From assembly GCA_965222375.1 (NCBI GenBank), contig CBDCTZ010000013.1:256001-320000 (forward strand): a stretch of 64,000 nt of DNA, given 5' to 3'. The DNA comes from Polyangiaceae bacterium (GTDB lineage: Bacteria > Myxococcota_A > Polyangia > Polyangiales > Polyangiaceae). The translations under genes were made by a program, and so were the position numbers. Below the pieces are notes generated by a model. It saw nothing but the letters and a program-made list of their open reading frames with translations. It had not been told where the DNA came from and searched no databases. Below, piece after piece: positions 39,996 to 51,500 of the stretch; positions within the stretch are counted from its first letter, which is position 1, and the number at the start of each line of letters is the position of its first letter.

Positions 39996-40949
39996 TCATT
40001 GGTAGCTGACCTTGACGTGGCTTTCGCCAAGACCCTGGTCGCCAGCGGTCAGGGTGTAGCTCGCGCCACCACTGCCACAGCTCAGGGTCCAAGGCGAAGA
40101 AGCCGCAACGTTACAGCTGCTCGGTGGCGTGCCGAACTCGACCTCGCCTTGAGTAGGCGAACTGGCCACCACCGAGTACGCCCCAGTCACGGGGAACGTC
40201 ACCTCGATGCTGCCGTCCCTGGAGACGACTTTGCCCCCGGTGGCGTTGGGCCCAATAGCCGATAGTTCCAAAACGATCGCAGTGCCCGTTTCTAGACCCA
40301 TAGTCGTAATACTCACGTCATCCGCCACACCCCGCACTTGGGCGGCGCCACCGCAGACCACGTCGGTCGTGGTCACGCTCGCGCCACCGCTCAGATCGCA
40401 AGATCCGGTCCCCTCGTTCAACAAGGAGACCTTTGGGGAAGCCCCGACGAACTGCACGTCCAAGTTGCCAGGATTGATGCTACTGGCCCCAGCGTTTTCA
40501 ACGGAAAGGTGGCCGTCGAAGGAGGGCGGCAAAGCGACAACAATGCGCGCACCGAGCCCGTCGTTACCGCCGTCCCGCGCGGTAACGATACTGACCCCAG
40601 CGTCCATCTCTACGCTCAAGACCAGGTTTTCGCTCATCTCCTGACGAGCGGCATCCCCCGAGTCGTGGGCTCGGTAGGAAAAAGGCTCGAAGGTAACGAC
40701 GACCTCGTTGCCGGTTCCCTCCAATACGACGATGTCGCCGTGGACGCCCTGGACCTCCACGGACTCTCCGGCCGACCACGGCACTGACTTGACTTGCGGT
40801 TCGCCCTTGAAACGCTTCAGGGACTTCGCAACGCAGGTGCCGCCCTGGCTGTTCTCATTTTCGGTGCATTGGAGTTCGCAGCCGAAAAGCGCGACGTTCG
40901 AAAAAAGCGTGAGTGCCGTGAGGCAAGCGAGGGATGACGCAGACGACAT
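39996..40949 (-). CDS. hypothetical lipoprotein, beta-rich (putative adhesin-like)
   Basis: ALFGC lipobox, G/S/V-rich repeats such as VHGDIVV, SRDGSIEV. Confidence 0.7.
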   Translation of the reverse strand: MSSASSLACLTALTLFSNVALFGCELQCTENENSQGGTCVAKSLKRFKGEPQVKSVPWSAGESVEVQGVHGDIVVLEGTGNEVVVTFEPFSYRAHDSGDAARQEMSENLVLSVEMDAGVSIVTARDGGNDGLGARIVVALPPSFDGHLSVENAGASSINPGNLDVQFVGASPKVSLLNEGTGSCDLSGGASVTTTDVVCGGAAQVRGVADDVSITTMGLETGTAIVLELSAIGPNATGGKVVSRDGSIEVTFPVTGAYSVVASSPTQGEVEFGTPPSSCNVAASSPWTLSCGSGGASYTLTAGDQGLGESHVKVSYQ

Positions 40950-40984
40950 CGGCTTGCCGAGTGTAGGAGACCCACCCGGCGGCT

Positions 40985-41878
40985 TCAGCCCGCGGGGCCG
41001 GAGCCTGGTCCCAAGCCCATGATATTGTTCACTTTGTTTCTAAACTGAGCCAACAGGGATCGGGTCAGTTCGCCGGGCGTGCCGCCGCCCACACTGCGTC
41101 CGTCGATGGAAACCACAGGCAGGATTTCGCGAATGCTCGAGCACACGAAGACCTCTTGTGCGCGCGCCATGTCGTCCAGGCTCAATGCTCGCAGACGGAC
41201 CGGTGCAGACTGCTCTTTGCAGACTTCCAGAATGGTGCGCCGAGTGATGCCCGGCAGAATGCCCGCGTCTTCCGGCGGGGTGACCCACTCGCCATCGATC
41301 AGAGCAAAGACGTTGGAGCTTGCCCCTTCGGTGATGGTTCCGGCAGCGTCCACGATGAGCGCCTCAGCCGCGCCGTGGGCGCGTGCTTGGCGCATCGCGA
41401 GCACAGCAACCAGGTAGTTGCCGACCTTCGCCCCGGCTGCTTCCGTGCCTTCTGCGTTGCGCTGGGTTCGATAGGTAACCACCTTGATGCCATCTACGTA
41501 GAAACTAGGCGGGGGCGGCGACAGCGGCGCAACAATCACCACGCGGGTTGGTTTCGCCTCGAAGCCCGAGTCCAACCCTAGAGGGCCGCTGCCCCTCGTC
41601 ACCACGATGCGAACGTAGCTCTCGGGGTTACCTGCACTCGCGATGGACTCCGCAACCTCCTGCGCCAAGGTATCCAGGGACGCCGGCAGTTCGATGAACA
41701 CCCGATCTGCGCTGCGCTCCAAGCGTTGTAGGTGCTCTTCCAAGCGGAATGGGCGCCCACCGTAAGTACGCACGGTTTCAAAGACCGAGTCACCAAACAA
41801 GAACCCGCGGTCGAACACACTGACCCGAGCTTCCTCGGGCGAACGCAGCTCGCCGTCCAGCATCACCAGGGTCGTCAT
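40985..41878 (-). CDS. class IV PLP aminotransferase (IlvE/Dat/PabC family)
   Basis: DRGFLFGDSVFET, HLQRL, AKVGNY, EGASSNVF, ILPGITR. Confidence 0.93.
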   Translation of the reverse strand: MTTLVMLDGELRSPEEARVSVFDRGFLFGDSVFETVRTYGGRPFRLEEHLQRLERSADRVFIELPASLDTLAQEVAESIASAGNPESYVRIVVTRGSGPLGLDSGFEAKPTRVVIVAPLSPPPPSFYVDGIKVVTYRTQRNAEGTEAAGAKVGNYLVAVLAMRQARAHGAAEALIVDAAGTITEGASSNVFALIDGEWVTPPEDAGILPGITRRTILEVCKEQSAPVRLRALSLDDMARAQEVFVCSSIREILPVVSIDGRSVGGGTPGELTRSLLAQFRNKVNNIMGLGPGSGPAG

Positions 41879-42525
41879 GGGGAAAGCTCCGGGGTAGGCG
41901 GAGCAAGGCCAGGCTTGACTTGCAGCAGGCCGCGCGCCCGGCGGTTCTCGAAACTGATGGCCCGGTTGAGGAGCTCGAGGTTTCGGTCAATGGCCGCCAA
42001 CTCCAGCTCCGCGCCAACCGCGATAACAACCCGGGTAAAGGGCAGCGGCACGACGAATTCATCCCAGGCGGAGCGGACAACCACGGCGCGCTGGGCCCAA
42101 CTACCCACGGGATGCAGCGCTGCTGCTGACCGTCGCGCAGCGAGCACGACCCCCGCCTTCGCCTGCTTGGCGGGCCCACGTGGCCCGTCTACAGCCATCG
42201 CCACGTCCCCACCCCCGCGACGCAAGAATCGGATCAGCGTTCGTAATGCACGCGCACCACCCCGAGAGCTCGAACCGCGGACGGTGGAAAGGCCCAGGGC
42301 CGTCTGTGCGCCACTTTGGAGCTGGCCATCCCGAGACATGCTGATGAGCGCCGCCGTGGGGCGCGAGCGTTGGGCGCCAAGCAGTGCCATTTGCCTGCCG
42401 TGCCAGAAGGCGAAGACTCGAGCCTTGCCTGGCGGCAGCACGGCACCAACCACACGCACACGCCACGTGAAAGCCCAAACGCGGACCAGGAGCCCGACCA
42501 GGAGCCCGATCGCGAAACGCAGCAA
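41875..42525 (-). CDS. DUF374 / lysophospholipid acyltransferase-like protein
   Basis: FAFWHG, SMSRDG, VRGSSSRGG, AVDGPRGP, WDEFVVPLPF. Confidence 0.88.
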   Translation of the reverse strand: MLRFAIGLLVGLLVRVWAFTWRVRVVGAVLPPGKARVFAFWHGRQMALLGAQRSRPTAALISMSRDGQLQSGAQTALGLSTVRGSSSRGGARALRTLIRFLRRGGGDVAMAVDGPRGPAKQAKAGVVLAARRSAAALHPVGSWAQRAVVVRSAWDEFVVPLPFTRVVIAVGAELELAAIDRNLELLNRAISFENRRARGLLQVKPGLAPPTPELSP

Positions 42526-42532
42526 GAACTCG

Positions 42533-45500
42533 TCAGCCTTTCAGCTCTGCCAGGCGTTCCTTCGCGAATTCCAGAGAGGCATCGCTCTGCACAGCGCGAT
42601 CGTACATTTGGATCGCTTTCGGCTTTTCCCCGAGTTTTTCGTGGACCTGGCCTAGGTGCATGAACACCTCTGGCTTGGTGATCGGGCTCTTGTCGTCCAA
42701 CTTCTGAAGAAGCAGTGCGCGATACATCTGCTGCGCCTTCTTCAGGTCGTTGGCCTCCAATGCGACCGAACCCAACTTGTGCAACACAGCGACGTTGCCC
42801 GGCTCGATCCGGAACGCCCGGTCCAACTCGGACAAGGCGCGCTCGGTGTCACCTTCTGCCAAGTAGGCGTCGGCCAGGCGACGGTGGATCTCTCCGAGTT
42901 CCTTGGAGCGCTTGCCGCCGTAGCTTTCGACGATCTTCTCCAACACTTCCGCCGCCGCCTTTCCACGGCCGCTCGCGCTGAAAGAGTCACACAGCTCGAG
43001 CATCAACTGGCGATCCTCTGGCATGAGTGCGCTAGCCTTCTCCAGCAGCTCCGCTGCCTGGGCGTGGTCTTCTCGCTGGGTGGAGTGGATCTCCGCAGCC
43101 CGTCGCAACAGGTCTACCTTCTTTTCAGCCCCCTCGGCCAGATCCGCGTCTTCGGCAATGAACGCAGCGAGTTTGTCCCAAGTCTTCTCACTCTCGTAGT
43201 GGGCGCGCAGCCGATCTCGGATTTGACTCGTCAGCTCGGAGGCCCCGACGGACTCCAACGCCAGCCCCCGCTCCAGGGCCCGGGCGACTCCCTCCGCATC
43301 CTTGGCTTCCCCGCGAACGTCAGCGAGCTGGAGCACCAGACCGAGTGCCGCCTCGCCTTCCGCCTGGCCGACGAGCTTTTCGAGCACGTCACCGGCGTCC
43401 GCGTGTCGGCCTTCAGCGGTGTAGAGGCGCGCCAATGCCTCCAGGGCACCGTGATGCTCCGGATCCCGCTCCAACACGGACTGATAGGTCGCGATGGCTT
43501 TGGCCTTGTCCTGTAAGCGGTTCTCGCAGATTTCGCCAAGCCGAACCCGAAAGGTGAGTTCCGCACCCTGATCGCCCGCCTCAGCCGCGATTTCGATCTG
43601 CTGAGACAGCAGGTCCGCCAAGTCTTCGTCGCGATCTGCCTTCTCGTAGAGCTCCGACAGGAGGACGACGGCCTCGCTGTGGCCGGCGTTGTCTTGCAGC
43701 ACGCCACGGAGGATCTCGATCGCCGTGTCCGTCGCCTCGAATCGCTCGACGTTCAGTCGAGCGGTTTCGACCTTCAACGTGGCGCGCTCCGTATCGGAAT
43801 CGGCCAGATCCGTCAGCCGCTCCAGCAACCTGGACAGGTCATCCCAGCGCTCGGTCTTGAAGAAAAGCTCCCGAAGCGCGCTCGATGCCGCCGTGTCGGT
43901 AGGCTCCGCCTCGAATAGTTCGTCGTAGAGTTCGATGGCCTTCTCGGGCTCTCCAAGATGCTCCCGCGCGATGCTTGCAGCGCGATGCCGCAGCTCGCGC
44001 ACGACATCACCCTGAGCGCGCAACTCGCTTCGTCGTACGATCAGATCGAAGGTCTCACGCCAGTCCTCGGCGCGCTCCCGAATCTCCGTGAGTTGGTCCA
44101 ACGCCCACAAGTTGGTGTCGTCGTGCTCTAGCAACTCGCGCAGGATGGCTTCAGTGAGCTCCGCATCTTCGAGGCCATCCGCAAGCCCCTTGGCCTCTCG
44201 ATACAAGTCTTCGCGCCGCTGATCGTCGAGGGACAGCTTGGCCCGCTGCCGCAGGGTTTTGATCAAGTCACGCTCTCGTCCCTCGACGCGCTGCAGCTGC
44301 TCGATGAGCACGAGCACGTCATCGCTTTGGGGGTCAAAGCTGAGTGCCTTCTCCAAGGCTTCTTCGGCGGCCTTGGGGTCCTCGACCTTGTCGCGCTGCC
44401 AGGTCGAGAGGCGTACCGCGAGATCCCGGGCTGTGTCCGGTGGGATATCCGTCGCCTGCTCCAGGGCTGTGCGGAGCGCCGCAGCCGCGCCTTCCCAGTT
44501 GGAAGTGGTCTCAGCCAGGCGCTCGATGTCATCCAAAAGAGTTGCGTCAGTGGGGTCGTCCGACAGCCCCTGCTGCAGAACTCGTTGGGCCGCGCTCGCG
44601 TCCGAACAGTCCTCTTCCAACACTCGCGCGAGGTTCTTGCGCATGTCGATGCGCTCCCCGGGAGTGTCAGCGAAGCCAACCCGCTTTTCGTAGAGGGAAG
44701 CCAGACTGTCCGTACGGCTCTGCTGGCGATACACCTCCTCGAGAATCTCAGCGGCTTCTTCGAACAGATCTCGTTCCGAGGTCAGCTTCTCGAGTTCCTC
44801 GATTGCTCCCGTGTGATCCGAGACGCGCTCGAGTGCGGCGCGGAACGACGAGAGCGCGCGACTGGGTTCGGAGAACTCCGTCGCCTGAACCACACCCAGG
44901 CGATGGTACAGTTCTGCCTGCGACGTTTCGTCGGTTTCCGCCAACACACGCCGTTCGAGGATGTCAGACAACGCCTGGGCGTCGTTGGTTGCTGTGTACA
45001 AGCGATCCAGAGCGGATAGCAGCTCAGGCTGATCTCCGGCCTGGTCGATGGCCGAGCGATACGCCTCGATCGCTCGGCTTGGATCGGAGAGGTTTTCTTC
45101 GGCTATCTTGCCGAGCCTACTGTAGAGGTCCTTGGCGACATCTGGGTCGAAGGTGGACTGAGCCCGCTCCGTCAGTGCATCCGCGTAGGTGCCCCAAGAA
45201 TCGGCCGATGCCGACAGTCGTTCGGCCAGAGCGTGCAACTCCGAGGACTCGGGGCGTTCGGACAGGGCGCGCAGGGCTGCGCCCAATGCCTGTTCGGGCT
45301 CCGACAGTTTGGTTTCGTGCACGTCCGCGATTTGCGTCAACGTCTCGGCCCGCACCGCCGTGTCCGTCTCGACGGACAGGCGCATCTCCAGCACCTCGGG
45401 CAAGGACCGCCACTTCTCACTGCTAGTCAGCACCGGGACCAAGATTTGGGTCACGGTCTCGCGTAGGTCCTCGTGTTCGCGGCCGATCACCAGCACGGCT

Positions 45501-48500
45501 TGGGTCGCGGCTTCGTCGCCGGGAGCGTCGTCGAGTACCTGCCGGTACGCCTCCAGCGCGTCCTCCCAGGAACTCATCTTGTCCGCGAGGATCTCACCCA
45601 TCTGCCGTCGAACCTCCGCGCGAGTCTCCGCGGAGTCCGAACGGCTCGCAGACAGGCGCAGGTTGTCCAGCAGTTCGGGCCACATTTCTTCGGCGCGGTA
45701 GAGACGTCCGAGGGCCGTGATCACCGTGTCGTCATCTGGGCGCGCCGCGAGGGCCTGGTTCAGAGAATCGATAGCGCGGGATCGATCCTCCAACTTGTTC
45801 TCGAAAACCTTGGCTGCGCTGACCAAAAGCTCGTAGCACAAGTCCGCGTCGTCATCTCCGGTCAGCTCGACCCGGCGCTGGTACAGATCTACCAGCTCTT
45901 CAGCGTCATCCCGTTCTTCCCGAAGCTCGATCAAGCAGTCTACGGTAAACGCGCTATCGGGTTCGAGCTCCAGTGCTCGCTCGTAGGACGCAATCGCGCC
46001 CGGCGAATCTTCGAGCATGTCCCGCTTGGCTTCACCAATGCGGCGCCAAAGGCTCGCGCGTTCCTCGTCATCCAAAGAAAACTCGGCCTTGGCCCTGAGA
46101 ACCTCGATCAACACGCTCCAGTCGCTGAGCAGCGTCGCCAGCTGCTCCATCTTGGCTAGGGGCTCCGGATCCGCCTCGTCCGCGGCACGCAGACGAGTGT
46201 AGGCATCCAGGGCTGCTCGAGGATCGTCCCTGCGTTGGTCGTGCACTTCAGCCAGCTTGGCGAGCACGTCCCGACGACTGATCATATCCGGATGCCGTTC
46301 GAGGGCGTCTTCGTAGGCTGCGGACAGGCGATCCCACTCGCCCGTGGCCTCCACGACCCGTTCGAGCTCTCCGCGCACCTCGCCATCATCGGGATCCAGG
46401 CTGAGCGCAACCGTGAGTGCTCGCTCGGCGCGATGAAGATCACCACCGCGAGTTTCCCACAGCTCGGCAGTTTCCCGCAGCACCAGCACCTTCTCCGAAG
46501 CGCCATCCGCCAAGGCGTAGCGTTCTTCGTTCAGATTGATCAGCCGTTGCCAGTCGTCGGCGCCCTCGTACAACGGGCGCAAGATTTCCACGACGCGTTC
46601 CTTGTAGGTGTCGTTGTCTAGGAATGCCTCGAGCTGACGAACCGCATCGGCGTGACCCGGCACGCTGCGCACGACTTCGTCCAGCTGGTCGATGGCTCGG
46701 TCGGGGTCGTTCATTGGCCCGGCGAGCAGCTTCGCCAGTGTGACGCGATGCTCCGCGGCCTGCTCTGGGGAATCCGCAAGCTCGGCCCGACGCAACAACA
46801 GCTCGGACAGATCATCATGGCGCTCGGCAGCGGCATATAGGTCTGTGAGGCGTGAAGCCGCCGTCTCGTCGGTCTCCTCTGTCTCCAGAGCCGACCGGTA
46901 TGCTTCGATGGCTTCGTCCTTGCGGTCGAGCTCGTTCTCCAGCAGCCCCGCGATGGTGTGGTGAGCGGCGAGCCGCTCGGCAGGATCGAAACGATGGTCG
47001 AGGCCTTGGCGGTAGTGCTCCACCCGCTCTTCATGACGACCCGTCCGACTCAGAATGTCGTCAACGGCGTTGAACAGCTCGAGATTCTCGGGCTCGAAGG
47101 CCAGGGCTCGACGATAGAAAGTCAGGCCCTGCTCGAGGTCGTCCAGGGAAGTAAATAGCTCGCCGGCTCGCTGCGCCAGGGAAAAGGACGTGTCGTCGTC
47201 TCCAGGATAGTCTTCCAACTCAGCCGCGTAGATTTCGGCAAGTCGCCGCTCCGCGCCCGCAACCTTGGCCAGGCGCTCCAGCTCACCGCGGGTGCTCTCG
47301 TCACCCAAGTCCTCGTGCAAGAGCTTGGCGGTCGTCTCCAACGCCGCCCGGTAGTCCTCTTTTTGTTCTTCGTGGAGTTGAGCAAGGCGCCCCAAGAGCT
47401 CACGGCGCTCTGTCGGATCCTGCTCGTAGTCCAAGCGCGCCTCGATCGCGGCCATGACCCTGTCGAAGTCCGCGCGAGACAGGTAGACCGGCTCCAAAAT
47501 GGCAGCAGCGCGGGAACGATGTTCCGCTTCCGGGGCTTTGGTCAGTAGCTTTTCCAGCTCGCCGATGGCGCCCTCGTGTTGCCCCTCTTCATCCAGAGCA
47601 CTTTCCAGTTCCTCGAAGGCGCGCCCCATGTCGTTGAGCCGGTGGGCGGCAACCTGGGCGATCTTGACGCGCAATCCCGCGCCGCCCTCGTCGGTGGCAT
47701 CCAGCTGGCGCACGTAGAGTTCCTGTAGGTCCGGCCAACGCTCCTCGAGCGTGTAGAGGGACTCCAAGGACTCGATGGCCTGGCTGTCGAGCCCGCTGTC
47801 CAAGATGTTCTCGTACACGCTGATGGCACGCGAGTTGTCGTTCAACACGTCGGACAGCAGCCGCGCCCGACGGTACATCAACGCCTTGCGCTCGTCCTCG
47901 TCGTCCAAAACGTCTGCACGTCGTTCTAGGATCTCTAACAGCTGGGGAGCGTCCCCCATCTCTTCGTACAAGGACTCCAGAGCGGCCAATGCGGCCTTGT
48001 CGTCCGAACGCAGTGCCAGGGCCTTTTGGTAGTACTCTCGGGCCAGTTCACGATCGGCGAGTTGATGCCGGGCGATGTCGGCGATCTTTAGCGTGACAGT
48101 CAGTTGAATGTCGCCGTCGAAAATCTCATCCACCACGTCGCACAGGATCTTGACGTAGTCCCCCTGTCGGGAAGACGCCTCCGCTAGGCGCTCGATGTGC
48201 TCGAGCCATGGGGCGAGTTCCGTGTGACCCGCGGCAGTCCGCACGGCGCGTTCCGCGTGTTTGAACGCGAGTCCCGAGTTGTCCAGAGAAACCTCCGCAA
48301 CCTGGATGGCCTTCTCCAACCCCTTCAACTGGTCGAAGGTGTCGTCCGTCGCATCAATCTCGATTTCGATGACCCGCAGCAGCTTTTCGTGGGCGCCATC
48401 CGCTTCGTAGATGGGATGCAGAATGCTGGCCGCTTCGCGGCGCGCGAAGCTGTCTTGGGACTCCAACAGCTCCTCGAGCGCCATGCGCGACGCCTCATGG

Positions 48501-51500
48501 GACGTGTCCAAGGTCAACGCCCGGCGATAGGTCTCGAGGGCGCCTTCGACGTCCCCGAGGTGGCGATGCTTCAAACTTCCCAACTTGGCCAACAGCTCGA
48601 GCCGATCGGCGTCCGCCTCCACGATGTCCAGATGACGCTCATAAGTCTCCGACAGCTCGTGCCACTGCTCCGCGCGCTCGTAGAGCCCTTCGAGAGCCAC
48701 GAGCACCTCTGTGTCTGGACCGTATTCGTCCAGGACGACTCGCCAGGCATCGATGGAGTCAGAGGTTGCGTCGAGCTTCGTGGATAGGGTCGTCGCGACG
48801 CGCACCATCAGCTTGCGGCGCATGCCCGAGTCCTCACTGGCGTCTCGACGAAGAGAGAGCACCTCCACGAGCTCGCGCCACTGCTCACTCTCCTCGTACA
48901 GCTTGTCGAGCGCTGCCAGCGCGAGCTCGTCGCCGGGGTTCTCTTCCGAGCGCATACGCCAGGCTTCGATCGCGCCCTTGGTGTCGCCTAGGACCGATTG
49001 GCACAGCTCACCCAATCTGCCGAGCAGCGCTTTGCGCGCGTCACCGTCGGCTTCCAGCTTGACCTGAATGCGCAGAACCTCGCCCAACTGCTCTGGCTTA
49101 TCGTTCCCCAAGTGAATCCGCTCCAGGGCTCTCGCCGCCGGGAGCACGAGTTCCGCATCGGATTCGTCCAGGGTCAGGACTGCCCGATAGGTGCTCTCGG
49201 CCGCCTCAGTGTCGTTGAGCAGGGTCTCCTGGATCTCTGCCACCTGCATCAGGATTTCTCCCTGTAGACCCGGCGTGTCCGCGCGCTTGGCAGCTGCGGT
49301 CAGAACTTCAGCTACCCTAGCGTGCGCTCCAATTCGCCTTCCGATTTCGAGCAGGCGCTCCCGGGCGTCCAGGTCCAAGGGGTCCGACGGCACGAGTCGC
49401 GCCAGCACCGCCAGGGCACCGTCGTCGTCGTGTAGCCGCTCATCCCGCAGGTTGGCGATCCGGCGCAGCAAGTCACGCCGGTCGTCATCGAGCTCTGTGG
49501 ATGCGTCCTCACCCCCCGCTTCTTTGTCTTGCTCTTCAAGGCGGATGGCAAGCACGCGAACCAAATCCCGCACTTCGTCTCTCGACTCGTACACGGTCTC
49601 CAACATGCGCGCGGCGCGCAGGCGGAGGCTGCCGATCTCGAGCAGCCGCTCTGCCAGTTCTCGCGCGTCATAGTCGTTGAGGCGCTCCCGCAACACGTCT
49701 TCGACGTGCTCCACGGCCTTTTCCGGCTGGTGCAACTTCTCCAGCAGCAAGCGGCTCAGGCGGATCTTGAGCTCCAGCAGCTCGTCGCCGGCAGCCGACT
49801 CCAAACGCCTGGAGAGCAGCCCAACCAAGTCCTCGTGACGCTCGGCTTTCGCATACAACCGATCCAAGGCGCGAATGGCTACATCGTGGATTGGATCCAG
49901 CTCGATGATGCGCTCGTAGTACTGCGTCGCCTTGTCGGAGTTTTCGATGATCTCCTCAGAAATCAGCGCAACTTCCACGAACATATCTACGCGGCGAGCT
50001 GCATCGTCCGTCGCCCGCGCTGCCTTGTCGTACAAGGCTTCTAGCTCACCCCAGCGCTCCGCAGCGGTCAGGATGTCCTTGAGCCTCAGGAACGCTTCCT
50101 CGTTGCCCGGATCTTGATCGAGGATCTTCTCTAGATAGGGCGTCGCACCGATCGGGTCGCCTAAACGATCCTCGTGCAAGCGCGAAGCCCGCTCGCAAAG
50201 CTCGACCTGGTCTTCTGGGCTCAGCTCCATCCGCAAGACTTCCCGGAACGCCTCCGACAGCTCAGTGGGTCGCCCAGCGAGTACGGCCAACGCGTCGGCG
50301 CGATCCCAGAACCCAACGTCGGTTGGGAATGCACGCACCGCTCGAAGCACGACGTCCAGCGCGTTGCCGTAGGCGCCTAGTTTCTCTTCGTGAACGTCCG
50401 CCAAACGGATGAACAGAGAGCGACGCTCCTCTGCATCCGTTGCCTGATCGAGCATCACGCTGAGGGCCTGCACCTCCCGACGCGCTTCCCCACCGCTGGC
50501 ATACTGAGCGGCCAAAACCTCTGCCGCACGCGCGCGAGTGGACTCGTCCTCCATCAGCTTTTCTAGAACCGAGATGGCGCGGGGCTGACCTGGCTCGAGC
50601 TCCAGGGCCCGCACTGCGGCGTCTTGAGCGAGAACCGGTTTGTCCAACCGCCCGAGGAAGATCTCGGCCAAGTCGACCTCGCGCAATGCGCGTTCTTCGC
50701 CCTCGAGGAGATCTCGGTGGCGCTCGATGATCTCGACGGCACTTTCGACCTCAGCCGCGTCCAACAGCAGTCGCGCCAAAGTGCGGAGGGTGTCGGCGGC
50801 ATCCGGTGCAAACTCGAGGGTGCGCCGGTGCAAGGCAATGGCCCGTTCCGGAGCCTGGTACACGTCCTCCTCGAGGATGGCCCATTCCGATAGCAGATCG
50901 ACGCGCTCGTTATCGCTGCTCGCGCTCTGCACCCGCAGATCCAAGAGCCAACGCAGGTCATCCCGGCGATCGTTCTTGCGAAGGAGTTGCTCCAATGCCT
51001 CGGCGGCATCCGTGTCCTGGGCGTTGCGGTCCAGCAGCCGTTTGTAGACGGCGACCGCATCATCCACGCGATCCAGGTCGTCTTGGTAGGCCCGCCCCAG
51101 CATTAGCTCGAGCCGGCGCTGCTCCGTCCCATCCCCAGCCGCTGGCTCTTCTTGCTGCTGGTTCTTCTTTTTGCCCTTCTTCTTCTTGGACGTCGGCGGC
51201 GCGTCTGCTGCCGAGGCAGCCGCGATGCTCTGCAAACGTGCCTCGAGGGCGCTGACGAAGGGCTCCAAGTTGCCCGCGGCCCGAGAGGTATCCTCGAACA
51301 AGCGCAGTACGTCCGCGCGTTCTGGCGCCAAACCGTAGACCCGTTCCGCGTAGGCCGCTGCGGCCTTGCGATCCGACAGGCGCCCGGACGTTATCTCGAT
51401 GATGTTGCAGTAGATGTCGACCTTCTCGGGGCCCTCGGCAGCGGATGCGAGAAGTTCATAAAGCGCTGGCAGCCTCGCCCACTTTTCGTCCTCTTCGTAC